DNA of 64,000 nucleotides, taken from assembly GCA_040776945.1 (NCBI GenBank), contig JAXGZN010000001.1:352001-416000 (forward strand), given 5' to 3'. Source of the stretch: Methanomassiliicoccaceae archaeon. GTDB taxonomy: Archaea > Thermoplasmatota > Thermoplasmata > Methanomassiliicoccales > Methanomassiliicoccaceae. The translations under genes and the position numbers were made by a program. Of this stretch, positions 20,516-29,305 are shown one piece after another (position 1 is the first letter of the stretch; each line of letters opens with the position of its first letter). Under the pieces are notes generated by a model that searched no databases, was not told the origin of the DNA, and saw nothing but the letters and a program-made list of their open reading frames with translations.

Positions 20516-21735
20516 GCCTTCCGACATTGTTTAAGGGCCTCGATCGCCGGCAGGGGCTTGCCCAGGACGAACGTCTCCAGGGCCCCGCCGGCGGTCGAAA
20601 CGTAGGAGAACTTCTCCGCCAGGCCGAACCGCTCGGCCGCTCCAACGGTGTGCCCTCCGCCGATCAGGGTGAAAGCCTTGGAGTGCACCATCGCAGACAT
20701 AATCTCCCTGGTCCCCAGGCAGAACTGCTCCTTCTCGATGAGCCCCGCCGGTCCGGACATGAATATCGTCCTTGCTGGTCCCAACACCTTGGCGAACTTG
20801 GCGACGGAGAACTTGCCCACATCATATATCGGCACATCTATTGGCAGGTCCCCGACCATCATGTCCCTCCTCTGGCCGTTGATCTCGACCGCAACATCGA
20901 AGGGCAGGAGGATGCGTTCCCCGTGCTCCTTGAACAATGCCTTAGCGGCCTCCAGCGTCTCCGGGGTCAGCTCGTTCTCCAGGATCTTGGTCGACCTCTC
21001 CCCGAGCTTGATCCCCCGGGCGATGAGGAAAGCATTGGCACTAAGGCCGACCAGTATCACCCAGTCCGCGGTCCCGCTCTTCAACAGCCTTTCGATGACC
21101 GTGATGGAGTCGCCGAACTTGGCCCCTCCCAATATGAAAACCGCCGGGTGGTCGGGATCGTTGAAGACCGACTGCAACGCGGTAAGCTCCTTCTCCATGA
21201 GACGGCCTACTGCCGACGGGAGCACTTTGGGGAAGCCGACCAGGGAGCACTGGGAGCGGTGAGCGGCGGCGAAAGCGTCGTTGACATAATAGTCCGCGAG
21301 AGGCGCAAGCACCGTGACGAGCTCGCTCTTGGCATGTTCGTCCATGCTCTTCTTTTCCAGCTCGTATGGCAGCTCCCGAACGTTCTTCAGCAGCAAGGCG
21401 TTGCCGGGGGTGAGCGCTCTTATCTCGGCCACCGCGGTCTCGCCCACGATGTCGTCGATGTATCTGACCTGCTTGCCCAGATACTTGGAGAGGTACACGG
21501 CGTGCCTGTCCAGGGGCGCGTAGTCCCAGTCGCCCGGCCTTCCTTGATGCGCGATGATCACCACCTTGGCCCCTTGCTCCAATAGCTCGCGGACCGTCGG
21601 TATGATCTGCCGGATGCGGTTGTCGTCCTCGATATCCAGAGTTTCCTTGGTCAGGGGACAGTTGATGTCCACCCTCAGCAGAACGGTCTTGTTCTGGAAG
21701 TCAAAATCATCGAGCGTGTTAAACAGCTTCATCAT
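20512..21735 (-). CDS. pgk: Phosphoglycerate kinase
   Basis: RVDINCP, AHQGRPG, VNDAFAAAHR, LGGAK, GGGHT, STAGGA. Confidence 0.96.
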   Translation of the reverse strand: MMKLFNTLDDFDFQNKTVLLRVDINCPLTKETLDIEDDNRIRQIIPTVRELLEQGAKVVIIAHQGRPGDWDYAPLDRHAVYLSKYLGKQVRYIDDIVGETAVAEIRALTPGNALLLKNVRELPYELEKKSMDEHAKSELVTVLAPLADYYVNDAFAAAHRSQCSLVGFPKVLPSAVGRLMEKELTALQSVFNDPDHPAVFILGGAKFGDSITVIERLLKSGTADWVILVGLSANAFLIARGIKLGERSTKILENELTPETLEAAKALFKEHGERILLPFDVAVEINGQRRDMMVGDLPIDVPIYDVGKFSVAKFAKVLGPARTIFMSGPAGLIEKEQFCLGTREIMSAMVHSKAFTLIGGGHTVGAAERFGLAEKFSYVSTAGGALETFVLGKPLPAIEALKQCRKA

Positions 21736-21836
21736 GATCACTGCGGTCAGGCCGGCGCTAGGACCACGATGATGCATGCCGGACATAACCTTTCCGCTGA
21801 CCATAACGGTGCCCACATTTATGCCCGTCCCCGGCC

Positions 21837-22586
21837 ATGACGGGCCGGATGAGGGTACCTTCCTGCCGCCACAGGCTTAGGCCGGACGAGGAGAGCTTTT
21901 GTTGGTTGGAGACAGCGGCCGTTGTTGAGGGTGCCCCTTCGCTGGCATTCAATGATGGGTACGGCCGCCCCCTCAAGTGCACGGGGCGTATTGCCTCGGC
22001 GTGCCCGTTCCGGGAACGTCCCGCACCGAAGGCCAAGGCCCATATGGTCCCTTGCCCTCATTGCCGCGGGCGCCATCGCAACGGTTCGAACAGCCAACAG
22101 CTGTGCGAGGCTTGGAGCGACGTCAAGGCGGTACTGGCCAGGCTCCGCCGGGAGCTGCCGGAGGGGCGCCGCTACTATGGTGAGGGTACCTCAATGCCTC
22201 CCTACGACGAAGGGACCGCCCCCCTAATCCAGCGGCTGGTATGGCAAAGGCTGCAGCCCTTGGTGCTCAGACGCGATAGATATCGCTGCCAGGACTGCGG
22301 CGTCTGCTTCGGCGCCCGGCGCCGCAAGGTCTACGATCCCTCGCTCCGCCGCGGAAAGGGAGGTTACCGCTGGGAATCGCTGGAGGTGCATCACATCATC
22401 GCCCGCTCCCTTGGAGGCTCCGATCATCCTGGAAACCTTAAGACGCTGTGTCCCTCATGCCACGCCCTCTATACTCAGGAACAGGCAGCGGCTAGGGCCG
22501 CGGACCGAAGGAGGCGGGAGTCGATGCTGCAGGCACTGGACAAGTTGGACAATGAGGACGATGGTTTCAACGAGATCTATGACTGA
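21837..22586 (+). CDS. HNH endonuclease with Cys/His-rich N-terminal domain (start uncertain)
   Basis: RDRYRCQDCG...LEVHHII...GGSD..GNLKTLCPSCH; N-terminal CPHCRGRH. Confidence 0.82.
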   Translation: MTGRMRVPSCRHRLRPDEESFCWLETAAVVEGAPSLAFNDGYGRPLKCTGRIASACPFRERPAPKAKAHMVPCPHCRGRHRNGSNSQQLCEAWSDVKAVLARLRRELPEGRRYYGEGTSMPPYDEGTAPLIQRLVWQRLQPLVLRRDRYRCQDCGVCFGARRRKVYDPSLRRGKGGYRWESLEVHHIIARSLGGSDHPGNLKTLCPSCHALYTQEQAAARAADRRRRESMLQALDKLDNEDDGFNEIYD

Positions 22587-22731
22587 AGGGGCCTCTAGCT
22601 CGTTCGACGACAGGACAGAGCTCCCCAAAGGGGTCGGAATAACCTAAATACGCAAAGGGCTTTTGTGGAACGCTGCCAAGGGGTGCAGGGACCTGACCCC
22701 GGGAGATGGCTCCTTGATAGAAACGGTCACG

Positions 22732-23694
22732 ATGGAATGGCTAGTTTTTTTTGTCGTCATCTCGGTCCTGATGGTGCTGGACCTGGGCGTGTTCAACCGC
22801 AGGGCGCGTACCGTTCAAGCCCGGGGGGCGCTGCTGCAGGTCGCCTTCTTCATGTCTGTCGCCATCATGTTCAATGCCGGCATATATCTCTGGATCGGAT
22901 CGCAGGCGGGCTTGGAGTTCACTACTGGCTACGTCATGGAGCTTATGCTGAGCGTTGACAACCTGTTCGTGTTCGTCATCGTTTTCGCTTCCTTCTCGGT
23001 TCCGACGAGGGTCCAGCACAAAGTGCTGTTCTACGGGATCATAGGCGCCCTGGTGTTCAGGCTGGCGTTCATCCTCGCAGGGGTGGCGCTGGTAAACGCG
23101 TTCTCATGGGTGCTTTACATCTTCGGAGCCTTCCTGATATTTACGGGCATCAGCATGGTGGTCAGGAAAGAGGAGAAGAAGGTGGAGCCTGACAAGAACA
23201 TCATGGTGCGCGGGTTCCGTAAGATCATGCCGGTCACCAAGGGCTATGAGGGCGACCATTTCTTCGTCCGCCGGCTCGGAGCGAAGGGGAAGATGGTGCT
23301 GTGGGCAACCCCCATGTTCGTTACCCTCTTGGTCGTGGAGACGACGGACATCATGTTCGCCGTTGACTCCATCCCCGCCATCCTTGGCATCACCACCGAT
23401 CCGTTCATCGTTTTCAGCTCCAATGTTTTCGCCATCCTCGGCCTGAGGTCGATGTACTTCGCGCTGGCCCATATCATGAACGCCTTTTGCTATCTCAAAT
23501 ACGGCCTGGCCGGGATCCTGACCTTCGTCGGGATTAAGATGATCGTCGCCGACCTCTACCACTTGGACGTTTTGCTGTCCCTCACCATCATCGTCATAAT
23601 ACTTGGGATGGCAATAGCTGCCTCGCTGATCAAGAACAGGCGGGACGCAAAGCATGCCGAGCCAAAGAAGGCCGAGCGCGAGCAAGTTCCGTGA
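22732..23694 (+). CDS. TerC/Alx family metal-homeostasis membrane protein
   Basis: LSVDNLFVF, QHKVLFYGI.GALVFR, ETTDIMFAVDSIPA, GLRSMYF. Confidence 0.93.
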   Translation: MEWLVFFVVISVLMVLDLGVFNRRARTVQARGALLQVAFFMSVAIMFNAGIYLWIGSQAGLEFTTGYVMELMLSVDNLFVFVIVFASFSVPTRVQHKVLFYGIIGALVFRLAFILAGVALVNAFSWVLYIFGAFLIFTGISMVVRKEEKKVEPDKNIMVRGFRKIMPVTKGYEGDHFFVRRLGAKGKMVLWATPMFVTLLVVETTDIMFAVDSIPAILGITTDPFIVFSSNVFAILGLRSMYFALAHIMNAFCYLKYGLAGILTFVGIKMIVADLYHLDVLLSLTIIVIILGMAIAASLIKNRRDAKHAEPKKAEREQVP

Positions 23695-23798
23695 TCCGCG
23701 ATCGGTCCGATCTTTCTTGAGGGTGTGAAAAAATGGGCCGGGGCGGGGCCGCCCGGACCCGGCCGGGGAAGGGGAGGCCTCTTTGAGCGGCCCTGCTC

Positions 23799-24815
23799 TC
23801 ATTTGCCTATGCTCAGGCTCTTGTCCGTCTTGCTGATGGACTTCATGCCGTCAGGCTCGAGCTTCATCATGGAGCGGATGCAGTCTATGTTCTCCGGGAC
23901 CACATCGCTCTCCTGGTGGATGGCTTGATAGTAATAGAGCGTGTTCCCGACGACCTTAACGCCGTCCTGCCATACAACGATCTCCATGAAGTCCCCGCGG
24001 TCCCGCATCAGGTCCCGGCCGAGCTCCATTATCTGGGCGGTGCTCTTTATGCCGTCCTTGCCTCTTACGAACTTCACCCTGGGCACATTGTCCCATACGG
24101 ACAGCACGTCCTGGTCCTTGGCCTTCTTCCTGAGGTCGGCCGCAATGCAGTGCAGGTGCATCAGGGTGGTAGGGGCCTTCACTGCCATGGTCGTGATGTT
24201 AAGCCACGGCATTATCGTCTGCGCGTCAGGTCCGTGGTGCGTCGGGAGCTTGAGGGATGGTTCCAGCGAGTTCAGCGCCGAGCCCTTTATGTCCGAAGGG
24301 TCTGCGCCCCTCCTGACGATGGTCGCAGAGACCCTGTCCAGACCGAACACCTTGTCCAGCGGATAGAGGGTCCGCACCAGGCCAGTGGTGTTGCAAGAGA
24401 CCACGCGAACGAACTGCGCCCCCCATGCCTCATTATAATTGGCGAAGGCGTTGAACGATATTCCGGCCAAACCGTGGTCCTCCCCTCCCTGGAAGATGGC
24501 CTTGACCCCGGCCTTCTCATACAGGCCCTTATAGTTCTCGGCCACTCCTCCAGGGGTCGCGTCGACGATAATATCGACCTTGCCCAGCAGGTCCTCGATG
24601 GTGCCCGCGACCTTGATCCCTTCCTTTTCAAAGGCGGCCACCTGCTCGGCGGTGGCGGTGTACATGGGGAAGCCTTCCATGCCTGCCAGCCGGGCCTCGT
24701 ACGACGGCCTGGTCTTAGTTACCCCTATGATCTCCATATCGTCCTGGGCCTTCACCGCGCAAGCCACGCGCTTACCGATGGTCCCATAACCGTTGATGCC
24801 GACTCTGACCTTCAT
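23799..24815 (-). CDS. gap: Type II (archaeal) glyceraldehyde-3-phosphate dehydrogenase
   Basis: NGYGTIGKRVA, QGGE, VVSCNTTGL, HHGPD, HQESDVVPENID. Confidence 0.96.
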   Translation of the reverse strand: MKVRVGINGYGTIGKRVACAVKAQDDMEIIGVTKTRPSYEARLAGMEGFPMYTATAEQVAAFEKEGIKVAGTIEDLLGKVDIIVDATPGGVAENYKGLYEKAGVKAIFQGGEDHGLAGISFNAFANYNEAWGAQFVRVVSCNTTGLVRTLYPLDKVFGLDRVSATIVRRGADPSDIKGSALNSLEPSLKLPTHHGPDAQTIMPWLNITTMAVKAPTTLMHLHCIAADLRKKAKDQDVLSVWDNVPRVKFVRGKDGIKSTAQIMELGRDLMRDRGDFMEIVVWQDGVKVVGNTLYYYQAIHQESDVVPENIDCIRSMMKLEPDGMKSISKTDKSLSIGK

Positions 24816-25025
24816 GTAGACTACTCCATTATCGCTCCTTCCAGGGGGCGAGCGGCTGCCATCCCCGCCTCCACAGGATAGGCGTGTTCACATGCCTATA
24901 TTGTCGGAAGGTTTATTTTTACCGGGTCCTGAACAGTGCCGTTCGATATTGGGCCTCGAGCGCGCATGATTATCGGGAGGGTTCATATGTGGTTAACATG
25001 CGTTATGGGGCCGATCTAGCAAGTG

Positions 25026-25034
25026 CTTATATAC
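25026..25034 (+). promoter_or_regulatory. TATA box of the ilv leader/ilvBNC transcript
   Basis: CTTATATAC centred about 25 nt upstream of ATG 25055, the spacing expected for a leaderless mRNA. Confidence 0.6.
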
Positions 25035-25054
25035 GATTTCCGTAATTCAGGATA

Positions 25055-25126
25055 ATGATGTCAAACGCCACGAAGCGCTCTAACGTTTCTCTGGGCTTGG
25101 GCGTAGTGGTAGTATTGATTAGGTAG
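25055..25126 (+). CDS. Putative ilv operon leader peptide MMSNATKRSNVSLGLGVVVVLIR* (23 aa)
   Basis: Translated by hand; GTA GTG GTA GTA TTG ATT (VVVVLI) just before AGG TAG; directly upstream of, and in frame with, ilvB. Confidence 0.75.
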   Translation: MMSNATKRSNVSLGLGVVVVLIR

Positions 25127-25127
25127 A

Positions 25128-25171
25128 GGCATCCAGTTCATTGGGTGACCTCGCTCATTGCAGGGGATGTT
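25128..25171 (+). promoter_or_regulatory. Hairpin able to sequester the ilvB ribosome-binding site
   Basis: GGCATCC (25128-34) pairs with GGATGTT (25165-71); inner TGGGTG (25142-47) pairs with CGCTCA (25152-57). Confidence 0.5.
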
Positions 25172-25174
25172 TAT

Positions 25175-26845
25175 TTGAGAGGATCAAAGGCCGTTCTCAC
25201 ACTGCTGGAAAAAGAAGGCGTCGATGTCATGTTCGGGTACCCTGGGGGCTCCACCCTAACCCTGTACGATGACATGCTGACGTCTAACATACGCCATGTG
25301 CTGGTCCGCCATGAACAATGCGCGGCGCACATGGCCGACGGGTACGCTAGGGCCACGGGAAAGATCGGAGTGTGCACCTCGACCTCCGGACCTGGCTCCA
25401 CCAACCTGATCACTGGGGTCGCCACCGCCTACGTCGATTCGTCTCCCATGCTGGTGCTCACCGGCCAGGTTACCACCTCGGCTATAGGGAACCAGGCATT
25501 CCAGGAGGCTGACTCGTTCTCCCTGATGATGCCGATCACCAAGCACAACTTCCGCCTCCTGGCCCCATCGGAGATACCGGAGGCGATTAAGCGCGGCGTT
25601 TCCATCGCCAATGCCGGGCGCAAAGGACCGGTGCACATCGACCTGCCGTCGGACGTCCAGAAGGGGGAGGTGCCTGAGGCCGAGATGAGGCGGGAGTTCC
25701 CCGAGCCGCCTCCCCTGGAGGACTTCCATGACCTGCCCGAGGCGATCAAGATCCTCCGGGCCGCGGAGCGGCCGCTGCTCCTGGTGGGCGGAGGGATCAT
25801 ATGGTCCAACGCCAGCCCTGAGGTCGTCCAGCTGGCCGAGATGCTCATGGCACCGGTGACCACCACGATCATGGCCAAGGGCGTTATCCCGGAAGAGCAT
25901 CCGCTGTCGCTAGGCATCATTGGAATGCACGGGAAGGAGGCGGCCCGGAAGGCATTCATGGAGGCCGATGTCATCCTTGCGGTCGGAACCAGGTTCTCGG
26001 ACCGTAGCTCCGGCGCGCAGTCCGAACTTCCCATGTCCACGAAGCTCATACATATTGACATCGATCCCGGCGAAGCGGGGAAGTCCGCCCGCACCCAGGT
26101 CCGCCTTGTAGGCGATGCCAAGAAGGGTCTGCGGCTCCTGATCGACGGTCTGCAGATGAGCAAGGGGGAGACCGCATGGTCCCTCCGCATCAAGGAGATC
26201 CTTAAGAACTGCGCTTGCAACATAAACGTGCCCTCGTCGCCGGTCCTCCCGCAGTTCGCCATCTTCGAGCTGAACCGGACCCTGCCCAAGGACGCCATCG
26301 TCTGCACTGAGGTCGGGCAGAACCAGATGTGGGCTGCCCATTTCTTCAAGGCGCGATATCCGAGGCAGTTCATCACCTCCGGCGGCTTCGGCACGATGGG
26401 CTTCGGGTTCCCCGCCTCGCTAGGGGCGAAGTACGCCTTCCCCAACAAGGTGGTCATCGACATCGCCGGCGATGGCAGCATCCAGATGGTCTCTCACGAG
26501 TTCGCCACGGCGGTCTCCGAGAACCTCCCGGTGGTCGTCTGCGTGTTCAACAACGGCTGGCTGGGCATGGTCCGGCAGTGGCAGAAGCTGTTCGCCGACA
26601 GGCGATACAGCGGGACGGAACTGCGTGAGAATCCGGATTTCGTCAAGCTTGCCCAGGCCTACGGGGCTGACGGCATCCATGTCGAGCGGGCATCCGAACT
26701 TCAGGAAGCGCTCAGGACCGGCATGGACGCCGGGATCCCGTTCCTGATCGATATCCACATGGACCCGGATGAGGACGTCCTTCCGATGATCCCTCCGGGC
26801 GGAAACCCAAACGCGGTCATAAGAGGTAGGTGCATATGGAAGTGA
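25175..26845 (+). CDS. ilvB: Acetolactate synthase large subunit
   Basis: FGYPGG, RHEQ, TSGPG, GPVHIDLP, VGQNQMW, SGGFGTMG, GDGS...NN; TTG start 25175 after AGGGGA (GTG 25145 is an alternative). Confidence 0.96.
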   Translation: MRGSKAVLTLLEKEGVDVMFGYPGGSTLTLYDDMLTSNIRHVLVRHEQCAAHMADGYARATGKIGVCTSTSGPGSTNLITGVATAYVDSSPMLVLTGQVTTSAIGNQAFQEADSFSLMMPITKHNFRLLAPSEIPEAIKRGVSIANAGRKGPVHIDLPSDVQKGEVPEAEMRREFPEPPPLEDFHDLPEAIKILRAAERPLLLVGGGIIWSNASPEVVQLAEMLMAPVTTTIMAKGVIPEEHPLSLGIIGMHGKEAARKAFMEADVILAVGTRFSDRSSGAQSELPMSTKLIHIDIDPGEAGKSARTQVRLVGDAKKGLRLLIDGLQMSKGETAWSLRIKEILKNCACNINVPSSPVLPQFAIFELNRTLPKDAIVCTEVGQNQMWAAHFFKARYPRQFITSGGFGTMGFGFPASLGAKYAFPNKVVIDIAGDGSIQMVSHEFATAVSENLPVVVCVFNNGWLGMVRQWQKLFADRRYSGTELRENPDFVKLAQAYGADGIHVERASELQEALRTGMDAGIPFLIDIHMDPDEDVLPMIPPGGNPNAVIRGRCIWK

Positions 26846-27186
26846 TAAAGATAGTCGGATGTGACTCCCCGGGCCTGTTCCAAAGGATCCTGGTGGAGCT
26901 TGGAAGAAGAAAGATCGAGGTCGAGAAGTCGTTCATGGCCAGGGAGAAGGGGAAGATCAACATAATCGTGGAGGCGGAGACCGGAAGCATGAACGGCAGG
27001 CTGCTCCATGCGATCATGGCCCTACAGGACATCGAGTCCGCGGAGTATATTGCGGAGGACTACTTCTGCTTCTGGGAGACCTCCCCGACCAAGGGATCGG
27101 GATACATCATCGCCTGCGGCCACGACAAGAACGCTGGTGAGATGCGGAGGACGGCCGAACATTGTTTATACAAAGGCACGGATTAG
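26830..27186 (+). CDS. ilvN: ACT-domain acetolactate synthase regulatory subunit (divergent)
   Basis: DSPGLFQRI ACT start; sits between ilvB and ilvC. Confidence 0.65.
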   Translation: MHMEVIKIVGCDSPGLFQRILVELGRRKIEVEKSFMAREKGKINIIVEAETGSMNGRLLHAIMALQDIESAEYIAEDYFCFWETSPTKGSGYIIACGHDKNAGEMRRTAEHCLYKGTD

Positions 27187-27214
27187 GCTGGAAAGCTCAT
27201 CTGAGCGTGCGAGA

Positions 27215-28201
27215 ATGACCAAGATATATCACGATTCCGACGCGGACCTCGGCATATTGAGGGGAAAGAAGATCGCCGTAATCGGTTATGGCAACCAGGG
27301 CCGCGCTCAGGCGCTCTGCCTTCACGACTCCGGCATGCAGGTGACCGTTGGTGCCCGTAAGGACGGAGAGTCGTGGGGGCAGGCACAGGCCGACGGGCTT
27401 AAGGTCGCGGAGATCCCGGCCGCTGTCAAGGGCGCGGACGTGGTCATGATCCTGTTGCCGGACGAGGTCCAGCCCAGGGTATACAAGGAACATATCGCCC
27501 CTAACCTAAAGGACGGCGCAGCCTTGGAGTTCGCTCATGGTTTCGCCATCACCTTCGAACTTATCACCCCTCCGAAGAACTGCGATGTTATCATGGTCGC
27601 CCCCAAGTCCCCCGGCCGGATGGTGCGCCAGACCTATGTGGAAGGGTTCGGCGTGCCTTCGCTCATCGCCGTGAAGCAGGACGCGAGCGGCAACGCCAAA
27701 AAGATCGCTCTCGCCCTGGCGAAGGGGCTGGGTTCGACCAAGGCGGGCGTGCTTGAGACCGACTTCCGTGAGGAAGCGACCTCCGACCTGTTCGGCGAGC
27801 AGGCCGTGCTGTGCGGCGGCGTGACCGCGCTGATCGAGGCGGGCTTCGACACCTTGATCAAGGCCGGCTATAAGGCAGAGATCGCCTACTTCGAGGTGCT
27901 CCATGAGCTGAAGCTCATCGTCGACCTGATCCAGGCCGGCGGGATGATGCATATGTGGGACTCGGTGTCCAACACCGCTGAGTACGGCGGACTGACAAGA
28001 AGGGACAAGGTCATCAACGCGGAGTCCCGGAAGGCCATGAAGCAGATCCTAGAGGACATCAACTCCGGAAAGTTCGCGGAAGAGTGGACCAAGGAGTGGA
28101 CCGTCGACCTGAAGCACATGAAGGCCCTTGAGAAAGAGGAGTCTGAAAAGCAGATAGAGCAGGTCGGCAGGGAGATCCGCAAGCTCTTCGAGCGCAGCTG
28201 A
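27215..28201 (+). CDS. ilvC: Ketol-acid reductoisomerase
   Basis: IGYGNQG, LLPDE, FAHGF, MVAPKSPG, DLFGEQAVLCGG, SNTAEYG. Confidence 0.97.
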   Translation: MTKIYHDSDADLGILRGKKIAVIGYGNQGRAQALCLHDSGMQVTVGARKDGESWGQAQADGLKVAEIPAAVKGADVVMILLPDEVQPRVYKEHIAPNLKDGAALEFAHGFAITFELITPPKNCDVIMVAPKSPGRMVRQTYVEGFGVPSLIAVKQDASGNAKKIALALAKGLGSTKAGVLETDFREEATSDLFGEQAVLCGGVTALIEAGFDTLIKAGYKAEIAYFEVLHELKLIVDLIQAGGMMHMWDSVSNTAEYGGLTRRDKVINAESRKAMKQILEDINSGKFAEEWTKEWTVDLKHMKALEKEESEKQIEQVGREIRKLFERS

Positions 28202-28242
28202 AAGGGACCCAACTGCACCGAACCATTTCCTTTCTCATATTA

Positions 28243-28806
28243 TCACGACCGGCCCCTGCAAGACCATCGCGCAGGCTGGACGAGGAACCGGCATACCTTG
28301 GCCCCGGTCGACCAGCGGGCGGCCTTCTTTACCTCGAAGGCCGACCCCGCGAACCGCTTGAAGATGCCGTAGATAAACCCTTCGTCAAAGGAGCACATGG
28401 GTCCACCGTTGATCGGAACGCCGGAGCAATCCAGGTCCTCGGACACGCCGAGGATGAACTTCGATCCCGAGAGGCCGACCTTCTCCGTCTTGAGCATCCC
28501 GATCTTTAGGTCGCACATCTTACTGGCCACATCATCAAGATATGCCTCAAGGCCTTTGCCCCTATCGAGCTGGGTCGCAGCGAACTCCTTCCCTGCCAGG
28601 CTCCCCGCGCTTCGCAGCAGCTCATCGGCCCCACCGACCCCCAGGCGCTCCTCCAGAACATGACGTAAGGAGAACCGGAACAGCCGGCAGGCGGTGACTG
28701 CGGTAACGTTCCCCAGGCCTGGTCTTCCAGTCCCTATGTTCCCCAATCCCTCCCAATCGAATGAATATGGAACTGTCGTATTCTAGTTGGCATCGTTCGT
28801 CGGCAT
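28243..28806 (-). CDS. V4R (4-vinyl reductase) domain protein with in-frame TAG at codon 8 (Pyl readthrough or pseudogene)
   Basis: ATG 28806 MPTNDAN(TAG)NTTVPYSFDWEGLGNIGTGRPGLG...EDLDCSG...CSFDEGFI.G...CRF. Confidence 0.7.
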
Positions 28807-28933
28807 GTCAGCATTTCAACGTGATAAAGAAACAGAAATCAGATAGAGGCCGATGGTCCGGGCCTGGGAGCAAATGACGCTTGGGCCCATAGGAAAGGCT
28901 AACTAGCGGGGCTACGTTCAATCAGATGATAGA

Positions 28934-29305
28934 ATGGGCAAGCGCATCCTCCTGATGATCGACCGTTACGACCTCTGGGTGGAGCTGAACGACAGCGATA
29001 CCGCAAACGCGATCTGGCTGGCCACACCTTTCGATTCCACCACCAACGCCTGGGGCGATGAGATCTACTTCGAGGTGCCAGTGCGGAACAAGCTGGAGAA
29101 CGGGAAGAAGGTCCTGCAGGCCGGGGACGTGGCCTACTGGCCAGAAGGGCAGGCGCTGTGCGTGTTCTTCGGACCGACGCCAATAAGCAAGGGAGATGCC
29201 CCTGAGGCCATCTCCGAGGTCTCTCCGGTCGGCAGACTGGTCGGTGACCCCAAGGCATTCATGGCGATAGGGGACCGCCGCAAGGTCATGGTAAGGCGAG
29301 AGTGA
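28934..29305 (+). CDS. Cyclophilin-like fold protein (TM1367/DUF369-like)
   Basis: WGDEIYF, GDVAYWPEG.ALCVFFGPTP. Confidence 0.85.
   Translation: MGKRILLMIDRYDLWVELNDSDTANAIWLATPFDSTTNAWGDEIYFEVPVRNKLENGKKVLQAGDVAYWPEGQALCVFFGPTPISKGDAPEAISEVSPVGRLVGDPKAFMAIGDRRKVMVRRE

Noticed and set aside
22587-22731. Possible yybP-ykoY (Mn) or fluoride riboswitch upstream of terC (GGAGATGGCTCC...AAACG)
   Set aside because: Hairpins are present but the conserved cores (GGGGAGUA...GAGACC; pseudoknot plus CUGAUG) are missing; needs an Rfam scan
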